Source of the DNA: a virus | Lineage: Duplodnaviria; Caudoviricetes | DNA length: 64,000 bases | Strand: one strand, 5' to 3' | Virus record (IMG/VR): IMGVR_UViG_3300037467_000583 | Coordinates: 1 to 64,000 of that record | Part shown: positions 1 to 8,418 of the stretch, one piece after another | Position numbering within the stretch: the stretch's first letter is position 1 | How the letters are laid out: every line of letters starts with the position of its first letter | Translations under genes and position numbers: made by a program | Notes under the pieces: model-generated | Told to the model about the DNA's origin: nothing | The model's database searches: none | What the model saw: the letters and a program-made list of their open reading frames with translations, nothing else

Positions 1-2
1 CT

Positions 3-299
3 ACACTCAGTTTCGACTCTGACGCTAAGATGGGTATTATTACATCTTATGGGAGTCAGGTCTACAACCAGTACAAAGACTATCTGCTTTTAGTCCTAAG
101 AGACCCCGCTTTCAACGGCGTTTGCCCTCTGCCATATGTTGCAGGTGCAGATGAACTTCATCCTATCTTGCAATTCAAAGAAGACTTCACTAACGCACAG
201 AATCGCCCGACATCTGACGAACGTTTGCATCAAATTGCTGCCGGCCCTTTTGACCCTTACAGTGGTCCTGTTGCTAACGGTGGCGTGGAGCCCCAATAA
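3..299 (+). CDS. 5'-truncated virion protein, probable head-tail adaptor
   Basis: Frame is open from the window edge (no stop upstream of the Met at 30); stop overlaps the next start (TAATG); lies just before head-closure and tail genes. Confidence 0.45.
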   Translation, partial: TLSFDSDAKMGIITSYGSQVYNQYKDYLLLVLRDPAFNGVCPLPYVAGADELHPILQFKEDFTNAQNRPTSDERLHQIAAGPFDPYSGPVANGGVEPQ

Positions 300-694
300 T
301 GAATTCCTTCGACCGCACAGTAGCGTCAATGATGGCTAAGTTCGGCACCACAGCTTACATCAGCGTGGCCGTCTCCGAAGAGTACGATCCCTCTACATCC
401 GAGAACACCGCGTCTTACCAAGACTACTTAGTCAACATTATGGCGTTTGATTACGTCCGCAAGAATGAGGGCGAAGGCACTGAAAAAGACACGCTAGTTA
501 AAACTGGCGACAAGCAGGTCTATGTGCAACCTCCGCAAAAAACAGAAGTTGGATTAGCTCTACCTCACCTCAATGCAAACAGGGACTTGCTAAAGATTGG
601 TGATAAGCAATACAAGATTGTTACTGTAAAACAGCTTAATCCGTCGCTCTTACAAGACTCATGCATTCTGTACGAACTGTATGTTCGTGAATAA
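299..694 (+). CDS. Head-closure/stopper-like virion protein
   Basis: 131 aa, beta-rich, YDPST and KTGDKQVYV segments resemble siphophage head-closure proteins; synteny. Confidence 0.5.
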   Translation: MNSFDRTVASMMAKFGTTAYISVAVSEEYDPSTSENTASYQDYLVNIMAFDYVRKNEGEGTEKDTLVKTGDKQVYVQPPQKTEVGLALPHLNANRDLLKIGDKQYKIVTVKQLNPSLLQDSCILYELYVRE

Positions 695-716
695 TACAAC
701 AATTTAAAGGACTAAA

Positions 717-1160
717 ATGGCTGCTTGGACAGATTACGCTGAAAATAAAATTGTTGACGCGGTGTTCCGTGGTCAACCTCTCAACGCTCCTGCTACGTTT
801 TACGTAGGGTTATTTACTACTGCGGATAATGACGCAGGGTCTGCTCGTGTAGAAGTAAGTGGTGGTTCGTACGCTCGTGTTGCAGTGACATCTTCGCTTG
901 CTAATTGGGCTGGAACTCAAGGTGCTGGCACCACAGTTGCATCTAACGGCACAAGCGGCACAACATCGAATAATAATGCAATCACTTTCGCAGCACCTAC
1001 TGCTAGCTGGGGATCGATTGTTGGTATGGGTCTTTTTGATGCTGCTACAGGTGGCAATGAGTGGGTGTATGGCACTCTGTCGACACCTAAGACTGTTAAT
1101 AGTGGTGATCCGGCTCCAAGTTTTGCTGCTGCTGCGTTGTCGATTCAGGTTGATAACTAA
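717..1160 (+). CDS. Fibre-associated virion structural protein
   Basis: SD AAAGGA; motifs YVGLFT, EVSGGSYARVAV, ITFAAPTASWG, GLFDAATGGN match a widespread phage fibre/neck protein family. Confidence 0.6.
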   Translation: MAAWTDYAENKIVDAVFRGQPLNAPATFYVGLFTTADNDAGSARVEVSGGSYARVAVTSSLANWAGTQGAGTTVASNGTSGTTSNNNAITFAAPTASWGSIVGMGLFDAATGGNEWVYGTLSTPKTVNSGDPAPSFAAAALSIQVDN

Positions 1161-1184
1161 TTTAGTTCATTCTCTGGAGCTACA

Positions 1185-3710
1185 ATGACAGTAATTTATT
1201 CAAGCAATTTTGATTCTGAGTCATCTGGTAACATTGCAACCGGGTGGACAGCTAAGGTTGGTACATGGGCTGTAGGGACGAGCAACCCGATTTCTGGCGC
1301 ACAGTCATTCGGATCGACCACAGCAGTTGACCAGAACACAGCCCTGTACACCAATTCGGCGTCTCTGACGTACACGAAAGTGCAGTTCAGCCAAAAGCTA
1401 CCTTCGGGATCTAGCAACCAAGGCCACTATTCTCCTATTCTGCGAATGGATTCCGCGTACCAGAATGGTTATGTCTGGTTGCTGGACTTCAACTACACCG
1501 CAGGAAAACTGACACCACGATTCTACAAGCGTACCAGCGGGACTTTTCCAGCACCTCAGGTTGGCGCCACGATGTCCACGACATTCGTCGCTGGAGACAT
1601 CCTAAACGTCGAATGCATTTCCAGCGGCAGCACGCATGAAATCCGCATCTGGCGTTCTGTAGATACGAAGCCTACCGCCGCCACGGCATCTTTCACCGAT
1701 ACAGCATACACTAGCGGTTACGTCGGTTTGTTCCGCACGGGTGCAGGCTCGGTAGGCACGGCTGTTGACGATTTCAGCTTGGATGACGGCGCTGTGCAAT
1801 CGGCAGCAACCGCAGTAACGCTGAGTGGCCCAACATCGGGAACGGCTGGGGCGCAGTCTAGTCCATTCACTGTCGGCGCAGATGGCGCCATCACAGGAAC
1901 CGTCACAGTCACACCTAGCGACGGTGGGGCAGGGGGTACGTTCTCCCCAACGAGTGTCCAAATTAGTAGTGCATCGGCTACAGCGACATTCACTTATACG
2001 TCGCCAGCATCGGCAGGAACGTACACCATCAGCGTCACGAACAACGGAAGTCTGTCGAACCCTAGCAGCATCTCTTATGTTGCGTCCGCATCTGATACAA
2101 CGCCCCCAGCTTTCGTAAGTGCAGTCGTTGCGAATGCAACCCCTTCGACCATCACACTGACGTTCGGTGAAGTACTAGCAGCAAGCACGCCGCCCGCTTC
2201 GGCCTTCGCCGTGTCAGGAGGGCGTACCGTTACTGCGGTTGGCACACCTTCTGGTCAAACCATCGCCCTGACAGTGAGTTCGCCATATGCATACGGTGAT
2301 GCCATCACTGTCACCTACACGCAACCGGGAACAAACCCACGATTGCAGGACGCAGCAGGAAACCCAACCGTCAGCTTTGGCCCGTCCACCGTGACAAACA
2401 ACGTGGCAGCAACCACTACCAACGTTCTGACAAATGGTACGGGCAACGTGCTGTTCTCGCCCTACAACTGGAATGTCGGTGCAAGCAGCGCAACAACCAT
2501 CAACCCCGGAGCCTACTTCAAAACGCTTTTCACGGGATCGACGTGCGTACTGAACTTTGACATGACGAATATTACGTCGCCGGTTCCGCAAATCTCCTAT
2601 CTCGTGGATGGCGTGGGCGGCTGGACGACGGTCAATATCGCCGCAAGCGTCACCATCCCCGTACCCAGCACAACCTCAGCTTGGAATACCAAAGGCGGTC
2701 ACGTTCTTGAAGTTGTTTTCAAAAGCTCCTACCTGAATGGTAACCGTTGGTCTCCACAGGCGGCTGCAATCGTCCTTACTGGTATCGTTCTCGATGCAGG
2801 GTCGACCATCACTGCGATGACAGCCAAACCGACACGCGGCCTGTTCTTCGGCGACAGCATCACCGAGGGCGTCCGCACGATGGACGGTTCGTACACGAAC
2901 GACATGGATCGCGCCAACTCCCGCATTGCGTGGGCATATCAAGCTGGGCTGTTGCTGGGTGCCGAGACGGGTATTGTCGGTTTCGGCTCGCAAGGCTGGA
3001 CAAACGCAGGTAGTGCTGGTGTGCCCGCGTTCTCGGATGCGTACAATTTGCTTTACTCGGGTGTTTCGCGATCTTTCGCCACAGCTCCAGATTTCATTGC
3101 AATCAATCACGGAACAAACGATTCAGTCGACATTACCAGTACGGCCACGACTGTGCTCAATGCGCTGCTTGCCGCAACACCGACCTCTACAAAGATCATC
3201 GTATTCCGCCCATTCAAGGATGCCACGCACGCTACACAGTTGCAATCGGCCATTGCCGCAACCACAGCACCGGGGAGGGTCTACTACGTTGATACTAACG
3301 GCTGGTTCACTACGTCCAACAGCAACGACGGACTGCACCCATATGGAAATGTAAGCATGAATCGGCTCGGCCCGATGGCAGCCAGCGCAATTCGCAGCGC
3401 ACTGACGGCCCCGGCAGCTACGACCGCTCGCAACGTGACCCTCACACTGACCGATTCAACCGGAAGCCCTCGCGCTAACCTGTCAGGTCTGAAATGGGCG
3501 TTCTTCGACCAAGGACGTCCTGACATCTTCGCCGCCCCAACATCTCAAGGGGCTGTGGCAACCACAGACGGCAGCGGCCAATTGGTTATCAGCGTGAACA
3601 CCAGCTTGTCTTCCGGCTCCATCGGGTGGCTTGACATTACGGACAGTGACGGGACGACCACTCAATCGCCAGCAGCGAAAGCCTTCAGCGGTCCTGTGGT
3701 GTTGTCATGA
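1185..3710 (+). CDS. Multidomain virion fibre with SGNH/GDSL esterase domain
   Basis: 841 aa, Thr/Ser/Gly-rich beta domains; SwmB-like Ig segment (AFVSAVV..TITLTF); SGNH blocks FGDSITEG, GFGSQG, GTND, DGLHP. Confidence 0.75.
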   Translation: MTVIYSSNFDSESSGNIATGWTAKVGTWAVGTSNPISGAQSFGSTTAVDQNTALYTNSASLTYTKVQFSQKLPSGSSNQGHYSPILRMDSAYQNGYVWLLDFNYTAGKLTPRFYKRTSGTFPAPQVGATMSTTFVAGDILNVECISSGSTHEIRIWRSVDTKPTAATASFTDTAYTSGYVGLFRTGAGSVGTAVDDFSLDDGAVQSAATAVTLSGPTSGTAGAQSSPFTVGADGAITGTVTVTPSDGGAGGTFSPTSVQISSASATATFTYTSPASAGTYTISVTNNGSLSNPSSISYVASASDTTPPAFVSAVVANATPSTITLTFGEVLAASTPPASAFAVSGGRTVTAVGTPSGQTIALTVSSPYAYGDAITVTYTQPGTNPRLQDAAGNPTVSFGPSTVTNNVAATTTNVLTNGTGNVLFSPYNWNVGASSATTINPGAYFKTLFTGSTCVLNFDMTNITSPVPQISYLVDGVGGWTTVNIAASVTIPVPSTTSAWNTKGGHVLEVVFKSSYLNGNRWSPQAAAIVLTGIVLDAGSTITAMTAKPTRGLFFGDSITEGVRTMDGSYTNDMDRANSRIAWAYQAGLLLGAETGIVGFGSQGWTNAGSAGVPAFSDAYNLLYSGVSRSFATAPDFIAINHGTNDSVDITSTATTVLNALLAATPTSTKIIVFRPFKDATHATQLQSAIAATTAPGRVYYVDTNGWFTTSNSNDGLHPYGNVSMNRLGPMAASAIRSALTAPAATTARNVTLTLTDSTGSPRANLSGLKWAFFDQGRPDIFAAPTSQGAVATTDGSGQLVISVNTSLSSGSIGWLDITDSDGTTTQSPAAKAFSGPVVLS

Positions 3711-4357
3711 CTTCGGTCATTTTCAGCCCACAGCGTAGCGGCAGTGGGGCGATATTCGGTGCGCAGACATCTGGTGCGGCGTTTTCTTGTGTGGTGTCAG
3801 CAAGCAGTACAACATCTGCAACTCTCACCACTTCAATTAAGTTGTCTGCCAATGTGGGTGCGACAGCTTCCGTTATAGCGGGGGTGTTGTCGAGTGCAGT
3901 ATTGTTCAGAGCAACCCTGAGTGGGCAGTGCTCTGTTTCCGCAGAAATAACATCAGTACAGGTAATTCCCATGTTTACACCAAGCCAAGCCAGAACAATT
4001 AACGTTCAAGCCACATCTCCAGTTTTTACAGGGGGTAAGTGGTGGACTCTCACAGACCCTAAAAAACCTCGTGGCCTTAAAGACCCTGATGCTGTTATTG
4101 ACATCACGTTTGATTGGTCTGTATGGCTGGAGGACATTAGTGCAGACCCCAATAGCCTTGTCACGATTTCCGATGTGACGTTCACTGTAAATGGTGTGAG
4201 TAGCGTTGGTAGTTTTTCTGATGGTACTAAGGTGACAGTATTTATCTCGGGCGGAACTCCGGGTAGCGCTGCTACAGTGGCGTGCTTGATTACAACGCTT
4301 ACCACACCACAGCGCACGGACGAACGTACAGTGTATATCGACATTGCGGAGGAATAA
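3707..4357 (+). CDS. Fibre adaptor-like virion protein
   Basis: ATGA overlap; C-terminal KDPDAVIDITFDWSVWL..VFISGGTPG..RTDERT resembles phage fibre-adaptor proteins. Confidence 0.5.
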   Translation: MTSVIFSPQRSGSGAIFGAQTSGAAFSCVVSASSTTSATLTTSIKLSANVGATASVIAGVLSSAVLFRATLSGQCSVSAEITSVQVIPMFTPSQARTINVQATSPVFTGGKWWTLTDPKKPRGLKDPDAVIDITFDWSVWLEDISADPNSLVTISDVTFTVNGVSSVGSFSDGTKVTVFISGGTPGSAATVACLITTLTTPQRTDERTVYIDIAEE

Positions 4358-4755
4358 TGAATTCTTGCAAAGTGTTTGTAGTCAATGAAGCGCTTAGCCG
4401 AGATGACGTTACATTTGCAGCCAAACCTAAAGCACAGCTTCGTGCTGTGCCATACGGCGCTGCTACAAAGCAGATTGTTCGTATCAACAATATAGAGCAA
4501 GACATATTTTCCATCTTTGATGCAGGTACAAGCATTCTTGCGGATATTACAGGGATGGCTTTGTTCCTCACAATCTTTAAAGGCAGTGATGTCTTTGCTG
4601 TGGTGAAAGGTAAAGTTAACTCTGACATCAAGGGGATGGTGTCGTTCAAACTTGACGAGTTACCTGCTGGCTTCTACTCGTATGAAGTCACTGTAAGGGC
4701 AAACAACTATTCGCAAAGCTTGCTCTCTGGCTCTTACGTTATTAAGACCTCGTAA
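4357..4755 (+). CDS. Small beta-sandwich virion protein (BppU N-terminal-like)
   Basis: Start re-assigned to ATG 4357 (TAATG overlap, GGAGG upstream); C-terminal VSFKL..LPAGFYSYEV pattern. Confidence 0.4.
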   Translation: MNSCKVFVVNEALSRDDVTFAAKPKAQLRAVPYGAATKQIVRINNIEQDIFSIFDAGTSILADITGMALFLTIFKGSDVFAVVKGKVNSDIKGMVSFKLDELPAGFYSYEVTVRANNYSQSLLSGSYVIKTS

Positions 4756-4757
4756 AA

Positions 4758-4786
4758 TTGACAAGATAGTGCACCAATGCTATAAT
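4758..4786 (+). promoter_or_regulatory. sigma70-type promoter
   Basis: TTGACA-17 nt-TATAAT, perfect consensus, 21 nt before the ATG at 4808. Confidence 0.8.
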
Positions 4787-4807
4787 TCTTTTCTGTAAGG
4801 GAGGTAT

Positions 4808-5251
4808 ATGGGAAGTTTTGCAGATTCCCTCAGATCGAACATCCAACGGGTGCAGACAGAAGTTAACTTCAAGATTAACGCTGTTGCATACAACCTGTTC
4901 ACTCGCATTGTAAACAATTCCCCTCATGTCGGTGATGGCCCATATGTAGCAGGTCACTTCGTTGCCAACTGGTTCCCTGCTGTTAATAGCTTCGACACAT
5001 CTATCACAGGTGCTACGAGTGATGGCGGCGACAGCTTAGCAAGAATTGAAAGTATTATCAAGCCTAGCACAGCGTTCTTTCAGAAGGACGGGTTTGTGAG
5101 CCTGTCTAACAATCTTAGCTACGCTGCCAATGTGGAATACCTAGGTTGGAAAGCAGGCAAAGACCCTATCAGCGGTTGGACGTGGACCGGCATGCGTAGA
5201 GTGTATGCGCCCGTGCAGAGCGCATACACAGCGATTAAAGGAGAGCTATGA
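4808..5251 (+). CDS. Tail completion/neck protein (HK97 gp10-like)
   Basis: SD GAGG; GHFVANWF, SLSNNLSYAANVEY motifs; synteny. Confidence 0.6.
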   Translation: MGSFADSLRSNIQRVQTEVNFKINAVAYNLFTRIVNNSPHVGDGPYVAGHFVANWFPAVNSFDTSITGATSDGGDSLARIESIIKPSTAFFQKDGFVSLSNNLSYAANVEYLGWKAGKDPISGWTWTGMRRVYAPVQSAYTAIKGEL

Positions 5252-5655
5252 ACATTAGACAAGAGGTGGAGTCAGCTATCGCGGCCTTCGCTGCTGCACA
5301 AAGTCCTGCAATCTCTGTTGCGTATGAAGGTGTAGCGTTTAACAAGCCTGTTGGATCGCCGTACTTGCAAGTAGTGTTTCTTAACAATGCTATTAAAAAT
5401 GCTACTGTGGATGCGATGCGACAGCGTGTTTATGGCTCGTTCCAAGTTATGGTGTGTGTACCGGACGGAAAAGGCATGAAGCAGCTTGATACGCTTACAA
5501 GCGCAGTTGCAGCACTCTTTCCTGTGTACGACAAGGCCAAGTATAGCACGTTTAGTGTGGAACAGCCAGCCAACATTAGCCCTCCTATGACGGATGCCGC
5601 TTTTAGAGTTGCTGTGGTGAGGGTGCAGTATAGACAAGAGCTATCAAGCTCGTAA
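5248..5655 (+). CDS. Tail terminator
   Basis: 135 aa, VAYEGVAF..P..PYL, GSFQVMVCVPDGKG; immediately before the tube gene. Confidence 0.6.
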   Translation: MNIRQEVESAIAAFAAAQSPAISVAYEGVAFNKPVGSPYLQVVFLNNAIKNATVDAMRQRVYGSFQVMVCVPDGKGMKQLDTLTSAVAALFPVYDKAKYSTFSVEQPANISPPMTDAAFRVAVVRVQYRQELSSS

Positions 5656-5717
5656 GGATAGCCGCAAGGTTATGAAGCATCTTTTGCAAAAGATAATTTA
5701 ATTTAAAGGAAATACAA

Positions 5718-6164
5718 ATGACTCAAACCGTTGTTACAAGTGCGACTACTACTATCTCGATCTCGACAACGCTGCCTACGACATACGACTCTACGGGTTT
5801 CTCGGCCTTGACTTGGATTCCTATCGCAGAGGTGAGCCAACTGGGCGTTTTCGGGGGCAAAGTTTCCGTACAGAAATTTATTCCGCTGGACACTGCGACT
5901 GTTATTAAGCGTGCAGGTAGCGTCGATTATGGCACGATTAACATGACTCTTGCCAAGCACACCGGCACCGACATGACTGCCCTGCAAACTGCGTTTAATG
6001 GTCGTACATCGAATGCGTTCAAGGTGACGTATCCGGCGACACTTGGTAGCGCATACTTTACAGGTATTGTTACAGGTCTTCAAACTAACGTCGGCAACGC
6101 AGACCAGATTCTGCAAACCACGGTAGACATTGAGCTTGACAACAGTGTGATCGAAGGCACCTGA
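5718..6164 (+). CDS. Major tail tube protein
   Basis: SD AAAGGA; 148 aa, KRAGSVDYGTINMTL, YFTGIV pattern; precedes chaperones and tape measure. Confidence 0.7.
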   Translation: MTQTVVTSATTTISISTTLPTTYDSTGFSALTWIPIAEVSQLGVFGGKVSVQKFIPLDTATVIKRAGSVDYGTINMTLAKHTGTDMTALQTAFNGRTSNAFKVTYPATLGSAYFTGIVTGLQTNVGNADQILQTTVDIELDNSVIEGT

Positions 6165-6168
6165 TTGG

Positions 6169-6300
6169 TGTAAGAGGGTGTAAACCCTCTAAACCTTAAG
6201 AGCTTTCTTGCGAGAGCCTTTAACGTTTAAACACTTATGGGAATAGTGGCCTTATACCCTATTCCCGCCTTAAGTGTATCTTATTTGAATGAGGATACAC
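6169..6300 (+). promoter_or_regulatory. Hairpin cluster in the leader of the endonuclease gene, including an RBS-sequestering stem
   Basis: AGAGGG/CCCTCT; ACACTTA..GGGAATAG/CTATTCCC..TAAGTGT; GTGTATC/GATACAC enclosing the GAGG SD. Confidence 0.45.
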
Positions 6301-7497
6301 ATGGGTAAGAAGCTGACACAAGAAGAATACTTAGTGCGCTGTGCTAACACGCATGGAAACACTTATGGACTACAACACATAGTTTACACCAGAACCACCG
6401 AAAAAATCGATGTCGAATGTCATGAGCACGGAATTTTCAGCGTGCAGGCAGGGTCGTTCATGCGCGGAACTGGTTGCGCAAAATGTGCTTGGGTACAGAA
6501 CGGACTTAACCATCGGAGTACACAAGAGAAGTTTATAAGCGACTGCCTTACTTTACACGGTAACAGTTACGATTATACGGACGTAATATACGTAAGGTCG
6601 GACATCAAGGTAAACATCACATGCAATAGTTGTGGATGTGTATTCCAAATGATGCCAGAGGCACACTTAATGGGGCAAGGGTGCAAAGACTGCGGGTACA
6701 AACGGAACGGGAAAGGCTCTCAAATAGGGTTTTCTGAATTTTCCAGAGATGCGCACCAAAAACACAAAGGCGTGTTCTCATACGAACATGTTGAGTCCAT
6801 GTGGTGTGGAATCAAGAACACCAAGTTTGAATTATATTGCACGGTTCACGAAGAGTGTTTCACAACTACGGCTGCTACACACGTAAAAGGTGCAGGTTGC
6901 CCCAAATGTGCAAAGATCGCAGGTGGGCTTAAGAACCGCAGCAATACGGACAAATTCGTAGCAGACGCAACGTTGAAATTTGGCGAATCTTTTGACTACA
7001 CAGGTGTGGAATATGTCAAGAGTGATCTTAAGGTTAGAATTCGTTGCGTCGAACATGATAAGTGGTTCAACGTGACGCCAAATTTTCATTTGCACCCGGA
7101 CAGTAACGGAGGCTGCCCAGAGTGCACTCAATCTGGTTACAAAGCAGGAAAGCCGGGGTATCTCTATGTTCTTCATGAAGGAGAGATGACAAAAGTAGGT
7201 ATAACGAATAGGAATCCCAACGTCCGTCGCAAATCTGTGTCAAGGGAATCTACTAGGGATTTTAAAGTTCTTAAGGCATATTACTTTGAGGATGGGACAA
7301 TACCTAGAGATATTGAAACACAGTTGCTTAGGGAACTTAGGGTGCAATATAAACAACCTCTTGAACGCTTTGACGGATATAAAGAAACCTTCTACGACGT
7401 AAACCTAGCATCCCTCTTAAACCGCACCGAAGAATTAATTTCGCAACAAACCAAAGAGCAACATAGCTCTAACAACCAAGCTTCACAAGAAGCATAA
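6301..7497 (+). CDS. Free-standing putative homing endonuclease (repeated Zn-finger modules plus C-terminal GIY-YIG-like/T5orf172-type domain)
   Basis: Repeats of C..HG.F....H..G.GCxxC; C-terminal GYLYVL..TKVGIT..R..E; inserted between tube and chaperone genes; ATG 6301 has SD GAGG. Confidence 0.75.
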   Translation: MGKKLTQEEYLVRCANTHGNTYGLQHIVYTRTTEKIDVECHEHGIFSVQAGSFMRGTGCAKCAWVQNGLNHRSTQEKFISDCLTLHGNSYDYTDVIYVRSDIKVNITCNSCGCVFQMMPEAHLMGQGCKDCGYKRNGKGSQIGFSEFSRDAHQKHKGVFSYEHVESMWCGIKNTKFELYCTVHEECFTTTAATHVKGAGCPKCAKIAGGLKNRSNTDKFVADATLKFGESFDYTGVEYVKSDLKVRIRCVEHDKWFNVTPNFHLHPDSNGGCPECTQSGYKAGKPGYLYVLHEGEMTKVGITNRNPNVRRKSVSRESTRDFKVLKAYYFEDGTIPRDIETQLLRELRVQYKQPLERFDGYKETFYDVNLASLLNRTEELISQQTKEQHSSNNQASQEA

Positions 7498-7518
7498 CAT
7501 AACTAAAGGAACTCTACC

Positions 7519-7935
7519 ATGACTTTTGAACTTAACTCGCTGGCCCTTGCAGACGAAACCTCGTTCCAACTGATTAACCCTAAAACAGATATGCCAATCT
7601 TCGCACCAGTCGAGAAGGGGGAAGACCCGGAATCGAAACCTGTTCAGGTTACCGTAAAAGGCGAAGCGAGTGCAGCCTATCGTAAAGCTGTTGATGCAAT
7701 GATGAAGAAGGCTGCTAAGCGCGGCAAGCGTGAAGCTACACCTGACGAGATGCGTGAACAGAGTGTGGAATTTCTGGTTGCCCTTTCGGTTAAGATTGAT
7801 AATCTTACACTGGACGGTGAGCCAGTGGATAGCGCAGATGCGTTCCGTAAGCTTTATTCTAACCCGCAGTATGATTGGCTGAAGAAGCAGGTTAACGAGG
7901 CCATTGGAGATACCTCGGCTTTTTTGAAAGTCTAA
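7519..7935 (+). CDS. Tail assembly chaperone (gpG-like)
   Basis: 138 aa, SD AAAGGA, ends at a slippery site, located before the tape measure. Confidence 0.75.
   Translation: MTFELNSLALADETSFQLINPKTDMPIFAPVEKGEDPESKPVQVTVKGEASAAYRKAVDAMMKKAAKRGKREATPDEMREQSVEFLVALSVKIDNLTLDGEPVDSADAFRKLYSNPQYDWLKKQVNEAIGDTSAFLKV
7920..7926 (+). promoter_or_regulatory. -1 programmed ribosomal frameshift site
   Basis: T TTT TTG (X XXY YYZ) just before the stop; the -1 frame is open from 7920 to 8417. Confidence 0.75.
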
Positions 7936-8417
7936 GTTCCCAATTTATATTATACGCAAGACAGCTTGCGTTCTTAGGTGCTGCACCTGAAAAATCAAAA
8001 TACAGCCGTTTTGAAATGGCCCAAGGTAAGCATCTTGGGCAACGTGACGAAGATGGCAACCTGATAGAGATCGCGACAGAGATTCAACTACCGGAGATTC
8101 CCGGCCCGTGGAGTCATCTGCTCGCGATCTTTTCACTTTCGGGGCAAGCGTTGCAGTCCGGTATGGGGCTGACGCCTTTATCTTGGCTTGAAATTAAGGC
8201 ATTTATTGATGTGAACGAAATAGACATTACGCTTTGGGAAAGGGAACTCCTGAAGCGCATGTCAGAAGCATATTGTGCAGAATACAGCCGTGCAAGCGAC
8301 CCTAAACGTCCTGCACCGTACACCCCCGAGGTGGAAGAAAATGAAGTTGACCATGTTGGAAAGGCGATTGGCTTCATGGAACAAATGAAACTTTTGAGAC
8401 AACAACAAAGGGAGTGA
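7920..8417 (+). CDS. Frameshift extension of the tail chaperone (gpGT-like C-terminal part)
   Basis: -1 frame reads FFESLSSQFILYARQLAFLGAAPEKSKYSRFEMAQG.. and continues into ORF 8016-8417 (PLSWLEIKAF, DPKRPAPY). Confidence 0.7.
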   Translation, partial: FFESLSSQFILYARQLAFLGAAPEKSKYSRFEMAQGKHLGQRDEDGNLIEIATEIQLPEIPGPWSHLLAIFSLSGQALQSGMGLTPLSWLEIKAFIDVNEIDITLWERELLKRMSEAYCAEYSRASDPKRPAPYTPEVEENEVDHVGKAIGFMEQMKLLRQQQRE

Positions 8418-8418
8418 T

